In this document: in pieces, positions 9,830-20,466 of the stretch | Numbering within the stretch: the first letter of the stretch is position 1 | Layout of the letters: every line of letters starts with the position of its first letter | Assembly: GCA_041586955.1 (NCBI GenBank) | Contig: JBFGZE010000002.1 | Coordinates: 1 to 64,000 of the forward strand | Length of the DNA: 64,000 bases | DNA from: Bacteriovoracaceae bacterium | GTDB taxonomy: Bacteria > Bdellovibrionota > Bacteriovoracia > Bacteriovoracales > Bacteriovoracaceae | Reading direction: 5' to 3' | Position numbers and translations under genes: made by a program | The notes under the pieces: model-generated | What the model saw: the letters and a program-made list of their open reading frames with translations, nothing else | What the model was told of the DNA's origin: nothing | The model's database searches: none

Positions 9830-10577
9830 TCCGTTCGTTAAGTCCGGTAATTCTTTTAGCGTAAGTACTCATAATAGAGCGAAACCACACTGGTAAGGAT
9901 TCCAACGTTTCAATAAATAATTTTCCAGGGATAATTTTAACAACACTATCTTCAAGAGCACGTACTGTGCAGGTGCGTGCAGATTCTAAGAAAAAACTCA
10001 TTTCACCAACGATTTCATAAGTTTCAATTTCGGCGAGAAAGATTTCACCACCACCTTCTTTGCTTTTGAAAACACCAAGTTTTCCACCGGTAACAAGAAA
10101 CACACGATTTTCTCTTTTTCCTTCCTCGATAAGAACGTCACCTTTTTTTAATGTGATGGCATTCTTTGCTTTTTGTTCTTGAGCGATTTCGAAGAAAACG
10201 GATTTAATTTTTGTCACAATATCTTCAGCATCAAAAGGCTTTTCCATGGTGAAAACTAATTCAATGGTCGATATTTCTCGAAGGTGATCCTGGAGGAAGC
10301 CGGAGATAATAAGAGCGGGGCACTTTTTCACGCCATTGCGTTCTTCATATTCTCTAACTTCTGTTAATAATTCGATGCCGTTTCTTTTAGGCATCGTGAG
10401 GTCACAAATAATAAGATCAAATTTCTGGTTTCGGTATTTAAAAATACCTTCTTGCCCGTTACTCGCTTCAACAACGTTAAAATATTCTTTCAATGTTTCG
10501 GCGACAATCAGACGAACATTTGGATCGTCATCTATAATTAAAATACTATTCTTTTTCTTACCTTTTTCAGTCGCCAT
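9804..10577 (-). CDS. Response regulator with a C-terminal cyclic-nucleotide-binding domain
   Basis: Receiver IIDDD...CDLTMP...EKPF; cNMP domain GEMSFF...RTCTVRA. Confidence 0.9.
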   Translation of the reverse strand: MATEKGKKKNSILIIDDDPNVRLIVAETLKEYFNVVEASNGQEGIFKYRNQKFDLIICDLTMPKRNGIELLTEVREYEERNGVKKCPALIISGFLQDHLREISTIELVFTMEKPFDAEDIVTKIKSVFFEIAQEQKAKNAITLKKGDVLIEEGKRENRVFLVTGGKLGVFKSKEGGGEIFLAEIETYEIVGEMSFFLESARTCTVRALEDSVVKIIPGKLFIETLESLPVWFRSIMSTYAKRITGLNERIIELEAKK

Positions 10578-10915
10578 AATCTTTCCTATTTTAAATTTAA
10601 TTATGAACCATTTTTCAATTTTGTAAATATATTGGAGGCCAAAGATGTTTTGCCTAGGGCCCCAGTTGATATGGGAAAATTGCCTCCCTAGCTATAGGAA
10701 AGCTGAATTGTTGGGTAATGCTCGAATATTAAATGGTTATGGCATTTTTAATTATTCAATAAATTTCTCACTTTCCACTATTAGTGGAATGAGGAGGAGG
10801 GAAGAGTGGCCCACAAAAGTATATTTTTCCTGCAATTGTTGGCCACCTTATTATTTGATTGTATAACTCGGTCTCCGCTATGTGATGCCGATCACTTTTT
10901 TGTCATGACCATCCT

Positions 10916-11326
10916 TTAAAAAATGCGCAATCTTGATTTTTTTTTGAGTGCTCGTCCAACGATTTTGAAATTTCGATTAACGCAATTGATGAAACTAATA
11001 TCAAGGCGCTTTGGACTAAAATTATAGCAATTCAAAAGATAGGGGCGATCTTTTAGATTAAGAGCGATGGAGCTGAAATTAGAGTTGATACAGTAGGTGA
11101 AGCTACTGCTAACCTCATTGCGATCAAAATTAATACAGGTACTGAGATAAAGGCCATTCATTTCGCGGCCCGAAGTGCGGAAATTACGGTTGACACAGCT
11201 TTCATAGGAGAAACTAACAGGGTCGTTATCAGATATGTAATTATAACAATTAGATAAATAGACCTTATCCTCTGCCATTAGGCTCGCGGCCCATAGAGTA
11301 CATAGGTAGAACATCAGCGTTTTCAT
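10916..11326 (-). CDS. Secreted Cys-repeat hypothetical protein
   Basis: GGAGGG RBS, signal peptide, three internal repeats with 2 Cys each. Confidence 0.7.
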   Translation of the reverse strand: MKTLMFYLCTLWAASLMAEDKVYLSNCYNYISDNDPVSFSYESCVNRNFRTSGREMNGLYLSTCINFDRNEVSSSFTYCINSNFSSIALNLKDRPYLLNCYNFSPKRLDISFINCVNRNFKIVGRALKKKSRLRIF

Positions 11327-11403
11327 AGGCCCTCCTTAATCTATTAAGCTTGCTGAGAGATTTGTGTCAGGCAAAAATTTGTCAATTAAAGCGGTTGAGC
11401 GCT

Positions 11404-11892
11404 CTAGAAGAACTCTATAAAGAGGTTATCCTTATTAAGCTCATAATCCGTGGCCTTTTGCTTAAGGGAATCACGTGAACGACTTGAAATACCCCAGGCC
11501 AATTCACCCTTATTCTTAAGCTCAAAGCGTAATGGGGCCAAAATTTCAATGCGTTGGGCCTGATGATTAAATTGGGGTGGGTCTTCTAGATGATAAAAAT
11601 AAAATGGACCGCAGTTGAGCTTTTTAAATTGGTATTGGCCGGCGGGTAATTGCACACCGTAATCATGATCTCCCTCTTTCAAAAGAACTTCATGCTCACC
11701 ATTAGGGCCATCGATAATAAGGTTGCAGCGGTGACCTCGTTTGACCAGGCCATTAGTAATGAGGTTAATCGTCATGAGAGTACCGCGCTCGCTAAAGCGT
11801 ACATCATCGACACTTGAAAAGACTTTATTGGGTTTCGTTTGGGCACAGCTAATAATAAAGAATGGGATTAAGATAAGGCTTATATTTTTCAT
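11404..11892 (-). CDS. Hypothetical lipoprotein
   Basis: Lipobox IISC; LPAGQYQF beta-sandwich-like motif. Confidence 0.65.
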   Translation of the reverse strand: MKNISLILIPFFIISCAQTKPNKVFSSVDDVRFSERGTLMTINLITNGLVKRGHRCNLIIDGPNGEHEVLLKEGDHDYGVQLPAGQYQFKKLNCGPFYFYHLEDPPQFNHQAQRIEILAPLRFELKNKGELAWGISSRSRDSLKQKATDYELNKDNLFIEFF

Positions 11893-11933
11893 ATTAATTT
11901 ATCCTTTGTCTTAGGAGAAATGACTCCAGGTTC

Positions 11934-13421
11934 TTAGTTATTATTATCACTGACTTGCTTGTCCAAATCTTCAAGCTTTTTTGCTGTCTCGGCGTCTATT
12001 TCTTCCATGGTATTAGGGAAGCTAATTTTAAAGGTCGTACCACGGTCGCGGCCACTGTCAAAAGTAATTTGACCCTTATGGGCCTCAACAATTCCATGGA
12101 CCACACTAAGACCAAGTCCGGTCCCTTTTCCGACTTCTTTGGTGGTGAAAAAGGGCTCAAAGATGCGATCTTTTGCCCATTCTGGAATACCTTTACCATT
12201 ATCTTTCACAAAAATATAAACTTTTTCGGCCTTGGGGTCTTCTTCAAGGATAAATTCGAGCTGGCCACCATCGGCCGGCATCGCATCTAAAGCATTTTTA
12301 CCTAAATTATAAAGAACCCGATAGACTTGATTGGTATGACCCAAAATATGGTAACTTTGACGGGGTAAATGAGTCAGAACCTTAAGGTTTTTAGGGAGTT
12401 TGATACTTAATTGAGAACTGACTTCTAAGATAAGGTCATTGAGGCAAATTTTGTCAAAATGCTTCTCGGTCAATTGGCTAAAGGGAAGAATTTGATTAAC
12501 GAGGTTACTCCCGCGCTCACAGAAGCTAAGGCCAAATTGAATTTTTTGACGGGCGTCTTCATCTTCTTTACCAACACTACTATCAAGAAGGTAAAAGCAA
12601 TTATTTATCCCTTGGAGAATATTATTAAAGTCATGGGCCACACCACCAGCGAGGGTTCCGAGTGCCTTAAATTTTTTGCTTTTGGCCAGTTCCTTTTCAA
12701 TCAAATCCTTTTCATGTAAATCATCCACGATCTTTTGCCTCATTTGATTGAGGCCATTAACAAGATTATCGAGTTCATCCTTTTGCTTTGAATAAGGACG
12801 CTTTTTTAGGAGAAAAGGAGAGTCAAGATTTTTGAGGCCGCGGTCACTGACCTGATCAGATAACTCCATAAGCGGTCCAGCAATTAGGCTATGAATGATT
12901 CCAAGAATAAAAAAGGAGACCACAAAGGTTTTTGCCCCCTGTGAAATGAGAATAATAAAGACTCTGCCCATAATCTCTTCTTTTAGTGCCGTTAGGTCAG
13001 CACCAATTAATAACTCGCCGAGAGGGTAATTTTTATTGGAGTGGACATAGCTGAGCGGTACTTTAAATTGAATCATATCGTCGGCGAAAACGCCTTTTTG
13101 ATAAATTTCATTGGCAGGAGTAGAGACTCGAGCAAAAATAATGCTGGGAATTTGCACCATCCCTTCTAATTGTAAATGGATCGACTCGTCATTGATTAAC
13201 CATAAGCTCCGGGTCAGGGGCTGGACTCGACTTTTGCTAATTGTTCGAAAGGTGTCATGGAGACCATTTACCCCATTGTCATAATCGGTTTTTATTTGGA
13301 AAAAGGTCAGAATAAACGTAACAATAGAACTAAAAAAAAGGATTCGCCATAGAATCTTCTTGGCCAGAGGCCTCCTGGTCAGAAAAAGAATATGTAAGAA
13401 TCGTTCTTTTATTAGGCCCAT
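11934..13421 (-). CDS. Membrane sensor histidine kinase (NtrB-like)
   Basis: 2 TM segments, HAMP-like region, H-box [34 protein letters not shown]. Confidence 0.95.
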   Translation of the reverse strand: MGLIKERFLHILFLTRRPLAKKILWRILFFSSIVTFILTFFQIKTDYDNGVNGLHDTFRTISKSRVQPLTRSLWLINDESIHLQLEGMVQIPSIIFARVSTPANEIYQKGVFADDMIQFKVPLSYVHSNKNYPLGELLIGADLTALKEEIMGRVFIILISQGAKTFVVSFFILGIIHSLIAGPLMELSDQVSDRGLKNLDSPFLLKKRPYSKQKDELDNLVNGLNQMRQKIVDDLHEKDLIEKELAKSKKFKALGTLAGGVAHDFNNILQGINNCFYLLDSSVGKEDEDARQKIQFGLSFCERGSNLVNQILPFSQLTEKHFDKICLNDLILEVSSQLSIKLPKNLKVLTHLPRQSYHILGHTNQVYRVLYNLGKNALDAMPADGGQLEFILEEDPKAEKVYIFVKDNGKGIPEWAKDRIFEPFFTTKEVGKGTGLGLSVVHGIVEAHKGQITFDSGRDRGTTFKISFPNTMEEIDAETAKKLEDLDKQVSDNNN

Positions 13422-13507
13422 TAAACTTCTCTGTCAAAAATTGAGATATGCAATTGAATCATAACAGAAAAAGTCACACCCGCAAAAACAAAATCTTCTA
13501 ACAAGAC

Positions 13508-15034
13508 CTATGCTTCCCTGGGCCAAGTGATCGCCAAGAATCCTAGTTGCACTGCTGCAATAACGCCGAGGAAAATGGCCCCCCCTTCACTAAAGCCATA
13601 AGAATGAAGTCCAGATGCAAGAATATAATTAACGCCAAACCAGGCCATAAGAACAGATAAGAAGGCAAATGCCGTCAAGGATATAAAGCGCTTGGGGGTT
13701 ATCCAGGAGGTGGATTTCCCATGTAAAATGGCAACGTAAAGGCAGAAAACGATTAAACTCCACGTCTCTTTGGGATCCCAGCCCCAAAAGCGACCCCAGC
13801 TATAGTCGGCCCAAATTCCTCCGAGAATAATTCCGGCGATGAGCAAAACGGTTCCATATTTGAGACAAGTATACATGATATCGGAATAGTACCTAATATC
13901 TGCATCATTGACGCGTTTAAGCTTCATGCGGAAAAGGAGAATATTGGCGAGAACCCAACTTAAGGCCAGAGCACCATAAGACAAAATAATAGTGGTGACA
14001 TGAGTGCTGAGCCAAAAATTATCACGGAGGACAGGCACGAGAGGAGAAATACTGCTATCAAGCATTCCACCGGCGAAGTTGAGCATCATTAATGTACAAA
14101 AACTATAGGCCAGGCCAACCAAAAGAAATATTTTTTCCTTTTTAAAATGCCCTAAAACCAAGGCCAGCCCAAGTGCCCCAAAGCCGGAAAAAAGAACGGT
14201 TTCGTACATATTAGTCACAGGACCTCGTCCTGAAATATAGACCCGGCAAGTGATTAATACCAATTGGATGAGAAAGGAAATCCCGGCCAGCCCGAGCCCA
14301 ATAAAATGGTTTTTAAAGCTAATAAAGGCGATCAATCCCAAAAGAGTGATAAGCATGGAAACACCGGCCAAATGCATTTTGGCATATTTAAACTCAAAGA
14401 GGTAAGGTGCCTTGATTTGAGTTGGTCCAAGTTGTCTGACTTGATCGAAGGCCAAAGCGAAGGGGTCATTTCCTTGAGTCGCTAAGCTTTCCATTTTTTC
14501 TTTTGTTAGCCAATTGGTGAGAGGGATCCATGCTGTCGTGTCTTTTGCAAATTGAGGTAAAAGCCAATTATTGCCAGAGGTGACCTCTTGGTAAAGTTGC
14601 CACTTTTGCAGTATTTTGCCGAGAAACTTTTGGTGATTGGCCGATGTTTTGGAACTGCCATAGGCCTGGCGGATGGCCATCATTTCGTCGGCCAGGTCAC
14701 GATAAGTAATTTCCTCTACGCCTAAAAGGGCACGGGTGTCGACGTGTTCGATAGGCATTTTGATGGCAAAGGGTGCGGGTAAACCAAGGCCTTCCGATGA
14801 TAAATAACAATAGGCTTGAACACGGCCATATCCTGGTACTTTCCTTTTGCCTGTCAAAAATTTAAGAACTTCCCCTGCGTGTACATAAAGAGGTTTAATT
14901 CGACCATTTTGCTGAATCGGCAAATCTCCAAGTGATTCGAGACAAAAACGGGCCTCTTGGGCACGCACTGGCCAGGTTGTTGCCACGGTGAAAACCATGG
15001 TGAGAAGAAGTATGAGGCGGATAAATAGAGTCAT
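13508..15034 (-). CDS. ccsA: Cytochrome c biogenesis protein CcsA (System II)
   Basis: WWD domain WADYSWGRFWGWDPKETW, GLHSY, LVPVLRDNFWLSTHV. Confidence 0.95.
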   Translation of the reverse strand: MTLFIRLILLLTMVFTVATTWPVRAQEARFCLESLGDLPIQQNGRIKPLYVHAGEVLKFLTGKRKVPGYGRVQAYCYLSSEGLGLPAPFAIKMPIEHVDTRALLGVEEITYRDLADEMMAIRQAYGSSKTSANHQKFLGKILQKWQLYQEVTSGNNWLLPQFAKDTTAWIPLTNWLTKEKMESLATQGNDPFALAFDQVRQLGPTQIKAPYLFEFKYAKMHLAGVSMLITLLGLIAFISFKNHFIGLGLAGISFLIQLVLITCRVYISGRGPVTNMYETVLFSGFGALGLALVLGHFKKEKIFLLVGLAYSFCTLMMLNFAGGMLDSSISPLVPVLRDNFWLSTHVTTIILSYGALALSWVLANILLFRMKLKRVNDADIRYYSDIMYTCLKYGTVLLIAGIILGGIWADYSWGRFWGWDPKETWSLIVFCLYVAILHGKSTSWITPKRFISLTAFAFLSVLMAWFGVNYILASGLHSYGFSEGGAIFLGVIAAVQLGFLAITWPREA

Positions 15035-15043
15035 ATCAATTCC

Positions 15044-16657
15044 TTAGGCCTGGCCTTTAAGCTCTTTTTTAGCGTTCATTTTTTTCTTTGAATAATTGAG
15101 GTTGTAATGCCAGATACCGCCCAATACTAAAAGTAGTGAGCCGAGGTATTTAATAGCACGACCAGGGTCAACATTGGCGCTTAAAGTGGAATGATAAGCA
15201 CCGCGGTCATCCTTAAAATAGCTGGCCTGATAAAAAGTAAAGCCCTGGATCTTAAGAGGGTTATTCATATAAACATGATGCTCTTTAGGCCCTTGGGCGG
15301 AGAAGACGCGCACAAATGATTCATAACTTGCAGGGCGATTGGTTCCCGGATCCTTATCCATTTTGAAGCGTGTGAGACTAAATTCAAAAGGCAGAGTTAG
15401 GGTTTTCTTTGTCAAATAAAGAATGTTTCTTTTACCATCAATTAATAATTGTAAAGGTTTCTCATTTGTCAAAAAATAAGTTTTCCCTTTCACTTCCACT
15501 TCTAAAGCGCGCCACTTTCCTTTGATTAATTCATTATTACTTTGAACTGGCCAAACTGCCTGTGGCTCATAAGTGGGGAAAGTTTGCTCCTGGTGGGCAA
15601 TGAGGGATAATTGAAAGCCCATCCATGGCAATTCCAAACCCTTCTCTGGGATCAATTTGGTTTCCCATTTCTTGTCGTCTTTAAGGTAGTAGCCGGCACT
15701 TTTACCAAAGAGAAATAATTGCGGATTTTTTTCAAAAATTGCCTTGGAAAAGACACGGTAGGAGGTATCGGGGATAGGTTTTAAATCTTTATCTAAAGGC
15801 CAGGGACTATGGTCAGGAAAGAAAGAGAGTACCATGTCATCTTCATGGAAAGCAAAAAACCGTTTACCAGTATTTGTGGTTTGAATAGAGATTTTCCGCT
15901 CTTCTGGAGTAAAACATAATTGTTTATTTTGATTCCAGAGAATAAGCCCTGAAGGATTTGTTTGGCCGAAGCATTTTCCAAGGTTTTGCGGCAGATAGTT
16001 AATAGTAAGGGGGCCCATTCTGAGATTGGCCTCAAAATCCTGTGTTTTGGGGTGTAAACTGACGGTAAATTCTTGGGCAACACTATCATTGCTGATCATA
16101 TATTGACCGGAATGTTGACCTTCAAGTGCTTTTTCGTCTTTTTTCCAAACAAGCTTTTTATCGGCGTAGGGTATAAAGCGTTTGAATTTAAAATCTTTAT
16201 ATTCCCAATCGAGCTCTCCAGGCAAGGCGAATTCAGGTAAGGTTTTAGTGACTCTTTTTCCCTCATCTGGGTATTCAATAAGAATCTGGTCCTCAGGGAG
16301 AACGATGTGGCGATTAGGAGTTTGTGGAGCGAGAGAAAGGCTACCATCAACACCGCTATAGTAAGTAATAAAGGAGCCGCATCCTAAAAGGATGAGTCCA
16401 CTATGAATAGCGTAAAAACCGTAGAGTCGTTTTTTAGGGGGGAGGCGCAAGAAGGTGGCGAAAAGAATACTGGTGAACATTCCAAATTGGACTAGCATGA
16501 AAGGCCAGCGCTTATAGATCATTCTATTGGCAAATTCTGTCCCGTAGGTGCTTTCAAAAACAGTACCTATAACCATTAAGGCAGAAAAAATAAGGATAAG
16601 GATAACGGCAAATTTTAGCCCACCTATTGTTCGTTCTAGTTTTTTTAAATTTAGCAC
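15044..16657 (-). CDS. ccsB: Cytochrome c biogenesis protein ResB/CcsB
   Basis: N-terminal TM segments with conserved His (AIHSG), MNNPLKIQGFTFYQASY, DPG; likely GTG start at 16657. Confidence 0.88.
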   Translation of the reverse strand: MLNLKKLERTIGGLKFAVILILIFSALMVIGTVFESTYGTEFANRMIYKRWPFMLVQFGMFTSILFATFLRLPPKKRLYGFYAIHSGLILLGCGSFITYYSGVDGSLSLAPQTPNRHIVLPEDQILIEYPDEGKRVTKTLPEFALPGELDWEYKDFKFKRFIPYADKKLVWKKDEKALEGQHSGQYMISNDSVAQEFTVSLHPKTQDFEANLRMGPLTINYLPQNLGKCFGQTNPSGLILWNQNKQLCFTPEERKISIQTTNTGKRFFAFHEDDMVLSFFPDHSPWPLDKDLKPIPDTSYRVFSKAIFEKNPQLFLFGKSAGYYLKDDKKWETKLIPEKGLELPWMGFQLSLIAHQEQTFPTYEPQAVWPVQSNNELIKGKWRALEVEVKGKTYFLTNEKPLQLLIDGKRNILYLTKKTLTLPFEFSLTRFKMDKDPGTNRPASYESFVRVFSAQGPKEHHVYMNNPLKIQGFTFYQASYFKDDRGAYHSTLSANVDPGRAIKYLGSLLLVLGGIWHYNLNYSKKKMNAKKELKGQA

Positions 16658-16720
16658 TCGTGTCCCTTCATCGAAATCGAAACACATACTTATCAAACCT
16701 TATCGAGGTAGGCAAAAAAA

Positions 16721-17416
16721 CTATAATATTTTATGCAGAGCGTAGGCGAGGCCATAGAGAATGGGTTGGTGCAAAATATAGATCCCAAGAGCATGGCGGC
16801 CAAGGGTGACTAAAAAAGACCAGATTGCTTGGGTGGACTTGGGCAGAGGAGGTGTCTTGCGCCAGAACTGATAAGGGCCTATACCGACGCCAATTAAAAC
16901 GATACCGACCCATGGCAGTGCCGGAATATAATCCATGGCAGGGTGGTTAAGGTGCCACCAAGGCATTTTAACTTCTAGGCCAAAGCCAACAAAGCAAATG
17001 ACAATCCCCAGGCCGAGACTCAACTTGGGACGATTTAAAAAGGGGATGGCCATAAGGGAAGTCGTGGCGATACAGTGCAGAGTGCCAAAGTAAACCCAAC
17101 GACTTGGGAAAAGGTAATAGGTGACAAGGCTAATCGCAATAGCGCCGACAGCAATTTTTGACCAACGACTAAAGAATTTTTTTTGGTGAAAGGTTTTGCC
17201 ATGAACTAAGTAAAGGGAGATGCCGACGGCAAAAAGAAAGAGAGTCACTATGATGCGGGGGAGTGAAAACCAAAACATATTGTGGCGGAAATCAATCTGT
17301 GTGAGACGCATTAAAGTCAGGTCATAAAAGAGGTGAAAATAAACCATTAAGAGGACCGCAATGCCGCGGATGACGTCCAGTGTTTCGTAGCGATTTGTCA
17401 ATTTACTTGAGCTCAT
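16721..17416 (-). CDS. DUF1624 / HGSNAT-like membrane acyltransferase
   Basis: RYETLDVIRGIAVLLMVYFH, FGTLHCI, DYIPALPW, LGRHALGIYILHQP. Confidence 0.85.
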   Translation of the reverse strand: MSSSKLTNRYETLDVIRGIAVLLMVYFHLFYDLTLMRLTQIDFRHNMFWFSLPRIIVTLFLFAVGISLYLVHGKTFHQKKFFSRWSKIAVGAIAISLVTYYLFPSRWVYFGTLHCIATTSLMAIPFLNRPKLSLGLGIVICFVGFGLEVKMPWWHLNHPAMDYIPALPWVGIVLIGVGIGPYQFWRKTPPLPKSTQAIWSFLVTLGRHALGIYILHQPILYGLAYALHKIL

Positions 17417-17473
17417 GGTTCTATTGTAGGATGGATTGATAAAATTATCAAAAAGTCTAAAGAAGGATAGTTT

Positions 17474-19840
17474 GTGTTTAAAAAGGTTTCTTGGTGTTTC
17501 TTATGCCTGACAATTCTCTTTATTTCTGGTCTGTATTGGCAATTAAAGCGGGAATTACCCTCTCTAAAGGGTGAGGTTATTGTCTCAGGATTGGAAAAAC
17601 CGGTGACTATTTACCGCGATGATCGCGGGGTTCCCCATCTTCAGGCCGAGAACGAAAAAGATTTGGCCTTTGCCTTAGGCCACTTAATAGCGTCAGAGCG
17701 TTTATTTCAAATGGATACGTATCGCAGATTGGCGACGGGTCGCTTAAGTGAGTGGCTGGGAAGTCCCGCTTTAAAAGCTGACCGTCTCTTTCGCACTCTG
17801 GGACTGGCCCATTATGCCGCTCAAATTTGGGAAAAGGAAAGGGAAATGGCCGGCCCGGCGGTGGAGCAGATGGAAGCTTTTGTCGCTGGAGTGAATCACT
17901 TTATCGATGAAAACCCTATACCTTTGGAATACTTTATCCTGGGAGCTCGTCCCGAACCCTTCACTGCCTCAGATGCCATCAGTTTTATTGGATATATGTC
18001 CTATTCCTTTGCCATGGCCTTTAAAAAGGACCTTCTATTCAATGGACTTAAGGAAAAGATGCCTTTTGCTCGTTTCAATGAATTGCGTTCAATTCCCCTT
18101 AAAAAAGAAAAAAAGAAGTTAACAACAATGGCCTCACCTATCGACTTTTCTTCTTGGGAACAGGCGCATTTATGGGTGCAAAATAATTTCCCTCTTTTTA
18201 TCGGGTCAAATGCCTGGGCCTTGGCCCCAGAGCGTGGCGAGAGTGGAGGAGTGTTATTGGCGAATGATCCACATTTGGGTTTTAGTCTACCTGGAATCTG
18301 GTTTGAGGCCCACGTGAAGACACCGGAGTATGAGATGTATGGTCATTATATTCCCTTGCTTCCTTTTCCGATTTTAGGGCATGGGCATAAATATGGTTGG
18401 GGTATGACGGTTAGTTATGTCGATGATATGGATTTTTACCGTGAGAATATCCGACCGATGGATAGTGGAAGTAAAGAAGTTTATTATAAAGGTAAATGGG
18501 TTCCTTTAAAAAAGCGTAAAGAGCCTATTGTTGTTCGCTTTGGTAAAGATGAAGAACTTATTTTAGAAGAGGGTCCTCATGGACCTCTTCTTGGTAATAT
18601 AATTGATCAAAAGAATATATCAATGAAGTGGGCCTTCCATCATCCCGATAATTTGGTTTTAAGTGCTCTTCATCAGCTTTCTCATGCGTCGAACCCCAAT
18701 GATTTTAAAAAGGCAGTGGAGATCGGAAAGTCACCCGGCCTTAATATTATTTACGGTGATAAAGAGGGGAATATTGGTCTCTTTATGTTTGGTGCCATTC
18801 CGTTACGCCCCTCTCACGTGCAAGGTGATCTCATTTTAGATGGGGCGTCTGGCAGGGATGAATATCTGGGTTATTTGCCTTTTTCAGAATATCCCTCGAT
18901 CTGGAACCCCGCCAGTGGTCAAATAGTTTCTGCCAATCATTTACCACCACAAAAAAACGGACCTGATATTCAAGGTTATTGGGTGTCAGGCGATCGTTAT
19001 CACACTATTCGCCAAGAATTATTGAAAAAAGAAAAATGGACCGTCCAAGAAATGAGTGAATTGCAGAATAAAAATATAAATAGTCGTTTCAAGCATTGGA
19101 TTGGCACTTTACAGAAAATTCCAATCCCTTTGAGTTTCACTCTTTGGCAAAAGGCACGCGCTTTGGAGTTTATGTCCTGGAGCGGTGAGGCGAGTGTGGA
19201 GAGTCGCAATAGTCTTATTATGTATGAGTTTTTGGCGAAAGTGATGAGTGAGTTATTAACAGACCTTAATAGCGAACAATATATTCAATATTGTCGAACC
19301 AATGATTATTGGTACACATTTGGTCGACTGATGGCCGATGGTCGTTCTGCCCTATGGGATGACCCGACAACAATAAAGATAGAGGAGAGGGACGAACGGT
19401 TGTGGCCACTTTTCGCTAAAACATTGGAAGACATGCAAAAAAAATACGGTTCAAACGAGAAAGATTGGCGTTGGGGTGAGCATCATACACTAACTTTTGT
19501 TCACCCTTTAGGGCGTTTTCGGCCTTTAAATTGGATTTTTAATCTAGGACCCTTTCCTGCTCCTGGCGGTTATGGGCAAGTCAATAATTATCGGCGAGTT
19601 GGTTGTGAAAGAGGCCATCAAGTGATTGCCGGACCTTCGACTAGGAGGGTGATTGATTTTGCCAGTCCTATGCGCTCTTTGGGAGGGACTCCGCTTGGAG
19701 TTTCTGGTCATCTCCTCTCGCCGTTTTTTGATAATCAGCGAGACAATTATATGAAAGGGGCCCCGCGCGTCCAATTAATGGATTGGCAGGAGATAGAGCG
19801 CTCATCGTACAATCTTAGGATGCTTCCTAAGGCACAATAA
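17474..19840 (+). CDS. Penicillin acylase family Ntn-hydrolase
   Basis: RDDRGVPH, GSNAW (catalytic Ser), LLANDPHL. Confidence 0.95.
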   Translation: MFKKVSWCFLCLTILFISGLYWQLKRELPSLKGEVIVSGLEKPVTIYRDDRGVPHLQAENEKDLAFALGHLIASERLFQMDTYRRLATGRLSEWLGSPALKADRLFRTLGLAHYAAQIWEKEREMAGPAVEQMEAFVAGVNHFIDENPIPLEYFILGARPEPFTASDAISFIGYMSYSFAMAFKKDLLFNGLKEKMPFARFNELRSIPLKKEKKKLTTMASPIDFSSWEQAHLWVQNNFPLFIGSNAWALAPERGESGGVLLANDPHLGFSLPGIWFEAHVKTPEYEMYGHYIPLLPFPILGHGHKYGWGMTVSYVDDMDFYRENIRPMDSGSKEVYYKGKWVPLKKRKEPIVVRFGKDEELILEEGPHGPLLGNIIDQKNISMKWAFHHPDNLVLSALHQLSHASNPNDFKKAVEIGKSPGLNIIYGDKEGNIGLFMFGAIPLRPSHVQGDLILDGASGRDEYLGYLPFSEYPSIWNPASGQIVSANHLPPQKNGPDIQGYWVSGDRYHTIRQELLKKEKWTVQEMSELQNKNINSRFKHWIGTLQKIPIPLSFTLWQKARALEFMSWSGEASVESRNSLIMYEFLAKVMSELLTDLNSEQYIQYCRTNDYWYTFGRLMADGRSALWDDPTTIKIEERDERLWPLFAKTLEDMQKKYGSNEKDWRWGEHHTLTFVHPLGRFRPLNWIFNLGPFPAPGGYGQVNNYRRVGCERGHQVIAGPSTRRVIDFASPMRSLGGTPLGVSGHLLSPFFDNQRDNYMKGAPRVQLMDWQEIERSSYNLRMLPKAQ

Positions 19841-20450
19841 AGATAAAGAGAGGTTTATCCGTGGATAAGCGAATGATTCCCCCTAAGGCCATATTACTGA
19901 GTGTATGGCCTGAGAGAGGGGAAAGCCGTACTTTGGTCAATAATTGATATTGGCAGGAACCGGATAAGTCCATCTCTACTTCTTCTAAACAGAAAAGAGA
20001 GAAGGAACAGGCCTCCAAGGAAATTTGATGTTCTCCTGCAGGAAAACCCAATAGCCGATGACCGATTTCAACTCGTGCCGCTTTATCTCTTTTTAGCCAA
20101 CGGTGAAAGGCCCCCAAAACGGCCAATTGATGATCTAAACGGCCGCCAATTAGGCCATCAGCGTATATAATTTCGACTTCCTGAGGTAAAAACTCGAGGC
20201 CTAGCTCTAAATCTGTTTGGTTTTTTTGCGTGGGATGCATTAGGTCAAGTTTGGTCTGGGCACTATCCCCATCTCCTAGAGAAAGGTGAGGAGCGTTTAC
20301 CTGTCGTTTGGTGAGATGGAGAATTCCACCATCAATGGCCAACAGGGCATAGAGGTTTTGATCCCAATCCCGCTCCAAGGGTAAAGGCCCAAAAAGTAAA
20401 ACTTCTCTTTTTTTAATGACAAAATCTATAAATTTGGACAGATTGGTCAT
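19827..20450 (-). CDS. thiN: Thiamine diphosphokinase
   Basis: AIDGG, GDGDS, KNQTDLE, GGRLDHQL motifs. Confidence 0.8.
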   Translation of the reverse strand: MTNLSKFIDFVIKKREVLLFGPLPLERDWDQNLYALLAIDGGILHLTKRQVNAPHLSLGDGDSAQTKLDLMHPTQKNQTDLELGLEFLPQEVEIIYADGLIGGRLDHQLAVLGAFHRWLKRDKAARVEIGHRLLGFPAGEHQISLEACSFSLFCLEEVEMDLSGSCQYQLLTKVRLSPLSGHTLSNMALGGIIRLSTDKPLFIFIVP

Positions 20451-20466
20451 CTATTTTTAATCCTTT

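Noticed and set aside
10645..10866. 73-aa intergenic ORF
   Set aside because: No recognisable motif and atypical composition; probably spurious
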